DNA from: Candidatus Woesearchaeota archaeon
GTDB taxonomy: Archaea > Nanobdellota > Nanobdellia > Woesearchaeales > JABGUJ01
DNA length: 29,437 bases
Direction: 5' to 3'
Assembly: GCA_018646625.1 (NCBI GenBank)
Contig: JABGUJ010000002.1
Location: forward strand, 474,843-504,279
Part shown: positions 1-6,679 of the stretch, piece after piece
How positions within the stretch are numbered: position 1 is the first letter of the stretch
Layout: each line of letters opens with the position of its first letter
Translations under genes and position numbers: made by a program
Notes under the pieces: model-generated
What the model was told of the DNA's origin: nothing
Databases searched by the model: none
Seen by the model: only the letters and a program-made list of their open reading frames with translations

Positions 1-323
1 CGTGCTTCATCTGTCAATACAATCATATCTTCATAGTCTTCATCTTCTTTTGCAGCATAAACGTTGGCAAGGACTTCATTAATGCTGCTAACTAACAATA
101 CAATGTCATCATATCCTTCAACAGATGCAGAGCCTCTCAAAGAAGAAACTTTAGATGAAATGTCTTCTAGATCCGCAACTAACAAATCAACTTCATCTTG
201 GGTGCAATAATTCTCAAACATACAAGTTGCATGTATATCAGCTGCGCCATAAGATAAGACGCTAGGCAGACAAAGTAGCAAGGTAAGAAATATACATAGG
301 AATAGACCCTGAATGCGACGCAT
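1..323 (-). CDS. Partial (3' end outside window) secreted acidic hypothetical protein, not in the ORF track
   Basis: Open frame from ATG at 323: MRRIQGLFLCIFLTLLLCLPSVLSYGAADIHATCMFENYCTQDEVDLLVADLEDISS... with no stop to base 1; basic plus hydrophobic signal peptide; GAGGTG RBS at 329-334, 5 nt upstream of the ATG. Confidence 0.85.
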   Translation of the reverse strand, partial: MRRIQGLFLCIFLTLLLCLPSVLSYGAADIHATCMFENYCTQDEVDLLVADLEDISSKVSSLRGSASVEGYDDIVLLVSSINEVLANVYAAKEDEDYEDMIVLTDEA

Positions 324-357
324 CAACACACCTCTTTTTAAATGGAATAACAGTTAA

Positions 358-368
358 TTATTTAAAAA
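358..368. promoter_or_regulatory. Archaeal TATA element in the 65-nt divergent intergenic gap
   Basis: TTATTTAAAAA with palindromic TTTAAA at 361-366; about 25 nt upstream of ATG 389 (+) and about 27 nt upstream of the RBS at 334 (-). Confidence 0.5.
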
Positions 369-388
369 GCTATCTGAAAGAAGATAAC

Positions 389-1321
389 ATGAAATGGCTG
401 TTTGTTCTTGATAAAGAAGATATTAAGCTAGCTCGCGCAGAAGTTGAAGCTTTGTGTGGAAAGGGCAGATTGAGAGATAACATCCTAATTGTTGAAGGTC
501 AGAAAAGCAATGTAGAGCGATTATCATATTGTCATAAGGTTCTTAGATTTGTATGTTGTTGTAGAAATGTTGAATGGATTGGTAGAATTAATTGGAATGA
601 ATATTATAGAAAGAATTTCTGTGTTAGAGTGAGTGGATTTAAGGGTGAAAGAAGGATTGCGTCTTTGATTTTTAAGAATCTAGAAAAATCCGGGATAAAA
701 CCTAAAGTAAATCTTAGATCTCCAGAGATGCTTGTTGAAGTTTACAAAATAAAAGACAAGTATTATGTCGGCATAGTTGAGACGGAAGTTGATAAAAGCT
801 TTCTGAAACGAAGAGCTCATCAAAGACCAGGATTACACCCTACTGCTACAAGTCCAAAGTTGACAAGAGCAGGAATCAATCTTACGGAGATTAAAAAAGG
901 GGAAAGCATCTTAGATCCTTTTTGTGGATCAGGGACGACGCTTATCGAAAGTAGTTTAATGGGAGTAAAAGCCACAGGTTATGATGTGGATGAAAGATTG
1001 ATTAAGAAATGTAAAGCCAACTTAAAGCATTATAATCTTAAAGCCAAAGTAAAACTGAGTGACGCTACAAAGTTGAACGAGAAGTTTGATTATGTTTTTA
1101 CAGATCTGCCATATGCAAGAGGAACAAAAAGTATTGATTTAGATGAAACTTATAGCAAGTTTATGAATCTGAGTTATAGATACGTTAGAACATCAATGGT
1201 TGTTGTGTTTCCAGACTTTGTAGATTATCGTAAATATTTAGGTAGGTGGAAAGTTGGTAAAAAGTTTAGCCAATATGTACACAAAAGTTTAAGTAAGAAT
1301 ATACTGGTGTTGGTGAAATGA
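389..1321 (+). CDS. trmG10: tRNA (guanine(10)-N2)-methyltransferase, THUMP + SAM-dependent methyltransferase (TrmG10/Trm11 family)
   Basis: N-terminal LARAEVEAL; THUMP-like FCVRV...KVNLRSPE; RPGLHP; SAM motif LDPFCGSGTTLIE; motif IV TDLPY; C-terminal YVHKSLSK. Confidence 0.8.
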   Translation: MKWLFVLDKEDIKLARAEVEALCGKGRLRDNILIVEGQKSNVERLSYCHKVLRFVCCCRNVEWIGRINWNEYYRKNFCVRVSGFKGERRIASLIFKNLEKSGIKPKVNLRSPEMLVEVYKIKDKYYVGIVETEVDKSFLKRRAHQRPGLHPTATSPKLTRAGINLTEIKKGESILDPFCGSGTTLIESSLMGVKATGYDVDERLIKKCKANLKHYNLKAKVKLSDATKLNEKFDYVFTDLPYARGTKSIDLDETYSKFMNLSYRYVRTSMVVVFPDFVDYRKYLGRWKVGKKFSQYVHKSLSKNILVLVK

Positions 1322-1875
1322 TAAAACAAATCAAAGATAATATATGGAAAGTTAATAACGATTCTAATATTTATGTTGTTAAAGACGATAAAGTCGTTGT
1401 AATCGATGCAGGAGATATGCAGTACAGAGAGCAAGTTAAAAAAGACGTTTCTGAAGTGGTAGATCCTAAAGAAGTAGATGTTGTGATATTTACTCACCTA
1501 CATTATGACCATATTGGAAACTATAATCTGTTCCCAAATGCAAAGTTTTATGCTAGCGAAGAATCTATTGAAGATTTAAAAAGAAACAGAGAAGGTACTA
1601 TTCTTAACATGCTTATGGCTAGCATGTTTAAAGCAAAACTTAACTCCGTTAGCTCCTTGAGTATAGATAAGTTTAAAATCATCAACACACCCGGGCATAC
1701 AAGAGGTAGTATTTGTTTACTTTATGGTGATGTTTTGTTCTCAGGCGATACAATTTTTGATAATGCGTGGGGAAGAGATGATTTACCAACTTCAGTTCCT
1801 GAAAAGATGCAAGAAAGTGTTGATAAATTGAAAGAATTTAAATATGAAATTCTTGCACCAGGACATGATTATTAA
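1318..1875 (+). CDS. MBL-fold metallo-hydrolase (glyoxalase II-like)
   Basis: IDAG, THLHYDHIG (HxHxDH), TPGHTRGS, FSGDT and APGH motifs; ATGA overlap with the upstream stop. Confidence 0.92.
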   Translation: MIKQIKDNIWKVNNDSNIYVVKDDKVVVIDAGDMQYREQVKKDVSEVVDPKEVDVVIFTHLHYDHIGNYNLFPNAKFYASEESIEDLKRNREGTILNMLMASMFKAKLNSVSSLSIDKFKIINTPGHTRGSICLLYGDVLFSGDTIFDNAWGRDDLPTSVPEKMQESVDKLKEFKYEILAPGHDY

Positions 1876-1888
1876 AGAGGTGTTTGAT

Positions 1889-2158
1889 ATGGGATGCGAT
1901 TGTTGTTGTTGTGGAGATAAAAAAGTAGATATGTGCGAGAGTTGTGGAATGCCAATGCAAAATGCAGAACTAAGAGGCGGAAAACAACCAGAGAATAAGT
2001 GTTGTGTGCATTGTTGTGATGCAGAAGGTAAGTTAAAGGGCAAAGAAGAAGTTAGAGAAGGTATGATTTCTTATTACGTTGAGCATGAAGGAAAAAGTAA
2101 AGAAGATGCAGAGACGTTTGTAGATGAATATATGACCAAGATGCCTGCTTGGAAATAG
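1889..2158 (+). CDS. Cys-rich zinc-ribbon protein (Zn_ribbon_2-like), 89 aa
   Basis: Start revised from 1844 to ATG 1889 because of GAGGTG at 1877-1882; CESCGMPM...CCVHCC...MPAWK pattern typical of this small family. Confidence 0.75.
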   Translation: MGCDCCCCGDKKVDMCESCGMPMQNAELRGGKQPENKCCVHCCDAEGKLKGKEEVREGMISYYVEHEGKSKEDAETFVDEYMTKMPAWK

Positions 2159-2173
2159 ATTTAGATAATAATG

Positions 2174-2181
2174 TTTATATA
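2174..2181 (+). promoter_or_regulatory. TATA box for a probable leaderless transcript
   Basis: TTTATATA ending 22 nt before ATG 2204; no RBS in between. Confidence 0.55.
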
Positions 2182-2203
2182 GTGGTTTTTGCTTAATTTA
2201 GTT

Positions 2204-2980
2204 ATGAGTCTGTTTAGGAGATTTAATGGGTACGATTTCTGGCGTGATCCTGGAGAGTCATGTAGAAGATTGATTCGTCAAGAAAGAGCGCTAAAGGATA
2301 AAGATGTATGGTCTTATAAATTTCTTAGTAAAGAGATGAAGGTATTAGATCATCTTAAAGTACTTCTAGAAGAACTAAAGAGTAGTTTGAAATCTGGTAA
2401 GGTTGATGAGAAATCGCTCAGAAAATGCCTTTCAAGAATTGATGATGATGAACATGATCAAATGCATCTTGCAAAAAGACTAAAGAAAGTCATATGGGAA
2501 GTAGGGTACATTGCTCACGATATTGGCGAAGCGTTTGATGCTTTGAGAAAACACAGAGGAGATGATTATACTTATCTAACACCGCAAAAGGCAAGAGCTG
2601 TTTTTGATAAAATAAGTGACACTACTAGGCGAATATCTTCAAATACAGAAGTAATGGATAGAGGATTAAGCGATGAAGATACCGCTATTGATAAATTGGG
2701 AGAAGATATTGAAGCATTAAGAGATCCAGACAAAAATGATAGTGGTGTAAAGAGAAGTGAGGCATACCGCGATACAATCGCAGCAATAGAAGAATTACAA
2801 GAAGTGCACGATGATATTCACGTAATAATGGATGAATTAATGGATCTTAATAGTATAGATGATCATGCGATTAGTCTTTCCAGACATCTTGAGAGGGAAG
2901 CGCGAGATAGGAGAGATAGAAGAGAAGGTATTAGAAGAATGCCTGGTGGCGGATATAAAATAAGAGATAGAGCTGCGTAA
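2204..2980 (+). CDS. Highly charged alpha-helical/coiled-coil hypothetical protein
   Basis: Long ORF rich in D/E/K/R/L/I, no TM segment or signal peptide; start moved from TTG 2189 to ATG 2204 on TATA spacing. Confidence 0.75.
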   Translation: MSLFRRFNGYDFWRDPGESCRRLIRQERALKDKDVWSYKFLSKEMKVLDHLKVLLEELKSSLKSGKVDEKSLRKCLSRIDDDEHDQMHLAKRLKKVIWEVGYIAHDIGEAFDALRKHRGDDYTYLTPQKARAVFDKISDTTRRISSNTEVMDRGLSDEDTAIDKLGEDIEALRDPDKNDSGVKRSEAYRDTIAAIEELQEVHDDIHVIMDELMDLNSIDDHAISLSRHLEREARDRRDRREGIRRMPGGGYKIRDRAA

Positions 2981-3001
2981 ATAAAAAGAAATAAACTTTT
3001 T

Positions 3002-3151
3002 CTAAAGTGTTGTTGCAACCATTAAAACAACAATAACAACCACGAGAAGAATCTTTGGATCTATTCCAAAACCTAATTTTTTCCCCTGTTTTTCTTGTGT
3101 TTTGAAGTAAGGTTCTACATATGTTCTATCGTATGAATTCAGTTCAATCAC
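3002..3151 (-). CDS. Small C-terminally anchored membrane protein (46-49 aa), possibly Sec61-beta/SecG-like; not in the ORF track
   Basis: Frame reads (V/M)IELNSYDRTYVEPYFKTQEKQGKKLGFGIDPKILLVVVIVVLMVATTL then TAG at 3002-3004; AGGTGA RBS at 3148-3153; own TATA box upstream. Confidence 0.6.
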   Translation of the reverse strand: MIELNSYDRTYVEPYFKTQEKQGKKLGFGIDPKILLVVVIVVLMVATTL

Positions 3152-3186
3152 CTATAACAAACCTAACTTTTTGAGAAAACTATGTG

Positions 3187-3200
3187 TTTATAAAAGTTTC
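3187..3200 (-). promoter_or_regulatory. BRE + TATA promoter for the small 3002-3151 gene
   Basis: Minus strand reads GAAACTTTTATAAA (purine-rich BRE-like element followed by TTTATAAA), 35-45 nt upstream of the RBS. Confidence 0.55.
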
Positions 3201-3209
3201 TATATACAA

Positions 3210-4418
3210 TTACTTAAAACGATTATCAGATATTGCTTGCATAACCGTCTCGGTGTCTGCTTTGTTTTTTAGAAGTTTTTCTAGAACTTTAATTCTTTTC
3301 TTTAGAACCTTATCAAATTCCTTTATACTAATTCCCGCGGCTTGAGAAATACGAGTTCTTAGCTTGCTAGGTATGCCCGTTTCTAGTAGTTTATTCTTAG
3401 AGGGATTCCACTTGTATAGCGTGTTGAATCTAATATTGCCTTCTTCTGCACCAGAAAGTTCAGTTACTTCAGTAATTCTTCTAAAATGACCACTTAAAGT
3501 AGAAACTCTTTCTTGCATTACAACCAAGTCAAGAGCACTCACCAAGTTTTCAGGAACATTCATAGGAGGAGAAGTTACTCTGACAAGAACATGTCTCACG
3601 TCATTAGCATGTAAGGTACCCATACACCCTTCGTGACCTGTGTTCATCGCATTAAACAACGTTAACGCTTCAGGACCACGCACCTCACCTACTAGAATTC
3701 TATCTGGTCTCATCCTTAATGCGTTGTTAAGTAAAGCATCCATAGTAACTCCTTGCTCTTCGTTGGCAAGCATTCTAACAACGTTACCTTGCTTCAGTCT
3801 TAACTCCATAGTATCTTCAATAGTAATTATTCTTGAATCAATAGGCATGAACATAAGTAATGCATTCAGCGTGGTTGTTTTACCTGAGCCGGTGCCTCCA
3901 GCAAAGATTATATTTGAAGGTTTAAAGGAGAGTCCTTCAACAACAGTCCAAAGAAAAGCAGCAACTTCAGAAGTTAATACGTTGCTTCGCATAAGATCTA
4001 TTATGTTTAGAATCTTCTGAGTGAATTTTCGTATTGTTATGGTTGATCCGCCGTAAGATGCGGGAGGAATTGTAATATTAACTCTACTCCCATCCATTAA
4101 AGTTCCATCAAGCGTAGGATTTTGTGGTGTGATGGTTTTTTGATTTAACGCAGCCACTTCGTCTATCAAACTTTTAGCAGCAATCTCGTTGATTCTCACA
4201 TTAGTATCGCAGAAGCCATATTTTTTGTGATAAATTCTAATGGGATATGCGGGACCATTGTACATGATCTCTTCTAAGTTATCATCTTTAAGAAAGAAAT
4301 CTACAACTCCTTTGAGGTCTAATTGAAGAATTGCAGGACCTAGTTGATAAAAATAAGATTTCTCTGCAACTTCGTAAATCATTACATGCGGATAATTGTC
4401 TACTAGTACTGGTTGCAC
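3210..4418 (-). CDS. tadA: TadA/CpaF/VirB11-family type IV filament/secretion ATPase
   Basis: LEEIMYNG, DGSRVNI, TIRKF, Walker A GGTGSGKTT, Asp box TIEDTMEL, Walker B RMRPDRILVGEVRG, His box TGHEG..TLHA; GTG start with GAGGTG RBS at 4423-4428. Confidence 0.95.
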   Translation of the reverse strand: MQPVLVDNYPHVMIYEVAEKSYFYQLGPAILQLDLKGVVDFFLKDDNLEEIMYNGPAYPIRIYHKKYGFCDTNVRINEIAAKSLIDEVAALNQKTITPQNPTLDGTLMDGSRVNITIPPASYGGSTITIRKFTQKILNIIDLMRSNVLTSEVAAFLWTVVEGLSFKPSNIIFAGGTGSGKTTTLNALLMFMPIDSRIITIEDTMELRLKQGNVVRMLANEEQGVTMDALLNNALRMRPDRILVGEVRGPEALTLFNAMNTGHEGCMGTLHANDVRHVLVRVTSPPMNVPENLVSALDLVVMQERVSTLSGHFRRITEVTELSGAEEGNIRFNTLYKWNPSKNKLLETGIPSKLRTRISQAAGISIKEFDKVLKKRIKVLEKLLKNKADTETVMQAISDNRFK

Positions 4419-4443
4419 ATTTCACCTCTTTTTAATTTAGTAC

Positions 4444-5133
4444 TTAGAGAGTACCGATTGTTGAGTTTATAAAAGTAACTAAAACAGGAGCGAGTTTTAC
4501 ATACACTACATAAAATGCGGATAAAGCGAAAGGAAAGAAAAATAATGAACTATTGACATCATTAAACATAATTAAATCCATGAAACCAATCATAAGAGTA
4601 CAAAACCCTAAGAAAAGGAAGGCATAATTATCAAGAGGAAATCCGAAAATGGTAGTAGAGTATATGTAAAGTAGCGGGAAAACAACCACAACCACAATCT
4701 TTAACATTGTAAGTGAGGCGGCCATCTTTGTTCTGAAATCATCTTGAAGTTGTTTCATAGAGTCTACTTTTCTTGAAAAGTCATCTAACGTTGTAGAAAC
4801 ATCTTTCTTTGATTTTGCAGATACAGTTAAGAGATTACAAATCAATTTAAACATTTTTGAGTGAGACTTGTTTGCAACAAATTCAATGGCTTGAATAAAT
4901 GATAATCCTTCTTGAGACTTGTGCATTATTCTTTTATAATATTTAGCAGCAGATGTTGGAGATTGCGATGCAGCCATTACTGCAGTTTCTAAAGAATTGT
5001 TCTGTTTTATAGATCTAGATATCTCGCGTATAGATATTATTAAGTCAGATTCTAATGACTCGTGAACTGAATCAAATATTTTAAATGCTAGGAAGATAAG
5101 AAACGTCACACCGAGTATGATTTCAGCAATCAA
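4444..5133 (-). CDS. TadB/TadC-like (T2SS F family) membrane platform protein
   Basis: N-terminal TM, helical cytoplasmic domain (SLETAV...GLSFIQAIE...DVSTTLDDF) and three C-terminal TMs; adjacent to the TadA ATPase; likely TTG start at 5133 overlapping the upstream TGA. Confidence 0.75.
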   Translation of the reverse strand: MIAEIILGVTFLIFLAFKIFDSVHESLESDLIISIREISRSIKQNNSLETAVMAASQSPTSAAKYYKRIMHKSQEGLSFIQAIEFVANKSHSKMFKLICNLLTVSAKSKKDVSTTLDDFSRKVDSMKQLQDDFRTKMAASLTMLKIVVVVVFPLLYIYSTTIFGFPLDNYAFLFLGFCTLMIGFMDLIMFNDVNSSLFFFPFALSAFYVVYVKLAPVLVTFINSTIGTL

Positions 5134-5675
5134 TTTTCTGTGTACCTCATCATCAGCATCATTATTACAAGAGCCACAGCACATGCAACTATTGCGCCCA
5201 GTTTTATGTTCTCAGGAATGAGTGTTTGCGCTTCTTCCATTCCGAATGCATCTTTTAGTATATCTGCCAAGTAGATCAACATAGGTACAACCAATACAAT
5301 CATTATCTTCCCAAAGTATGCATTAAGTTTCCCATAAAGCTTGGTGATGCCTTGTTTTTTATCGTTCATGATGTGATCCGCCACCTCACCAAGCCTATTC
5401 ACAATATCCGAAGATTCAGTATTTAGTACGATAAGAAGTTCTTTGAAATTTTTATTAGAAACCGACTGTGCTTTTTGAGCTAAAAGCGTATCAAGAGGTT
5501 TTCCTTTCTTGTTTTCTTTAATAATGTTAGAGAAAACTCGCGAAACCCTTCCGAATTTTTGTGCAGAAATATCAAACAAAACGCTTTCTACGGCGTTGTT
5601 TGCACTAAGCGATACTTTCATATACTCAATTGCAAGCAACAATTCAGTGTTTAAATTTCTGTCAAATACGCTCAT
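5130..5675 (-). CDS. Short TadB/TadC-like (T2SS F family) membrane protein
   Basis: FGRVSRVFSNIIKENKKGKPLDTLL...DIVNRLGEVA helical T2SSF-like pattern followed by two TMs; gene context. Confidence 0.72.
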   Translation of the reverse strand: MSVFDRNLNTELLLAIEYMKVSLSANNAVESVLFDISAQKFGRVSRVFSNIIKENKKGKPLDTLLAQKAQSVSNKNFKELLIVLNTESSDIVNRLGEVADHIMNDKKQGITKLYGKLNAYFGKIMIVLVVPMLIYLADILKDAFGMEEAQTLIPENIKLGAIVACAVALVIMMLMMRYTEN

Positions 5676-5676
5676 T

Positions 5677-6675
5677 TTATTTCATCATGGTTTTCTTTAA
5701 CGAAGGTCTCGTTTTAGGACTCTTCATCAAGCTTAAAGCTTTATTCCAACTTAGTAATCCATTCTTTGCACCATATTGTTTTGTGACTGACTGCGCATTA
5801 ACAGTTGCAACTTTTAATGCAAATTCAATGTCTTTCTTCTTTATTAATGCAGTTAAAAATGTTGAAGCAAATGCGTCTCCGGCGCCTGTTGTTTCCAGAA
5901 CTTTTGCGACCTTTGGTTTAGCATAGTACTTATACTTACCATCAAAGCAATATGCGCCTTTCTTCCCTTCAGTAATTATTACAATCTCAGGCCCAAGATT
6001 ATAGAGGCCTTTTAGTAACAACTCAATCTTTGTGTTTTTGGCAATGCCCAAAACTAGGCCAGCCTCTTCTCGATTTAGTACCAGAAGATTAGTATTAGAT
6101 AGTAATTTGGCAAGAAATTTCTTACCTTTCTTAGCTTGATAACTGCTAGGGTTGAGTGCGAACTTTATTTTGTTTTTTGATGCATAACTTGCTAGTTGCT
6201 CTTCAGTTTTGAATGCGTTTCCCATGAGCGCAGATGAATAAAACCATTTGGCTTTTAATTTAGATTTGTTAATCTTAGAAAATTTTAGTTTTTGACTAGC
6301 TTCCTTGTACGCAAGGATTGTTCTGTCGTGTTCAATGCTATCGAGAATGACAGAGTAATTCGTAAGATCATTTGAAATTGTGCCAATGAACTTAATCTTT
6401 TCTTTTTTAAGCTGATTGATCACCCTAGTTCCGTTTTCGTCTTTACCTATGTTCCCTAAATAAGCAGTCTTAAGCCCCAGCTTAGAAAAACAAACGGCAG
6501 TGTTTGTTCCTCCTCCACCAGTCATGAATTGTAGGTCTTTTATCAACACTTTGCTCCCAGAAGGATATGCAATAAGCTTCTCTTCAGAATGTTGTGTTTT
6601 GATCTTAATTAGTTCAGAATGTGATTTCATAAATACATCAACAGTTGCGCTGCCTATTGCAATTACATCAAACAT
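5677..6675 (-). CDS. PfkB/ribokinase-family carbohydrate kinase (332 aa)
   Basis: DVIAIGSATVD, GGGGTNTA..SKLG, GNIGKDENG, NREEA, TEGKKGA, ETTGAGDAF; start revised from 6747 to ATG 6675 (GAGGTG at 6681-6686). Confidence 0.93.
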   Translation of the reverse strand: MFDVIAIGSATVDVFMKSHSELIKIKTQHSEEKLIAYPSGSKVLIKDLQFMTGGGGTNTAVCFSKLGLKTAYLGNIGKDENGTRVINQLKKEKIKFIGTISNDLTNYSVILDSIEHDRTILAYKEASQKLKFSKINKSKLKAKWFYSSALMGNAFKTEEQLASYASKNKIKFALNPSSYQAKKGKKFLAKLLSNTNLLVLNREEAGLVLGIAKNTKIELLLKGLYNLGPEIVIITEGKKGAYCFDGKYKYYAKPKVAKVLETTGAGDAFASTFLTALIKKKDIEFALKVATVNAQSVTKQYGAKNGLLSWNKALSLMKSPKTRPSLKKTMMK

Positions 6676-6679
6676 TTTG

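Noticed and set aside
2981..3001. Bidirectional terminator between convergent genes
   Set aside because: Only short A/T tracts in an AT-rich genome; plausible but not distinguishable from background
3002..3151. Small ORF as the missing pilin
   Set aside because: KKLG/FGIDPK does not fit the K/R-G/A class III cleavage consensus, has D and K at the start of the would-be mature helix, and nothing follows the hydrophobic segment
5134..5184. Cys-rich N-terminus MCCGSCNN of the 246-aa ORF as a metal-binding motif
   Set aside because: It overlaps the TM-coding end of the upstream gene; a TTG start overlapping the stop at 5133 is more plausible
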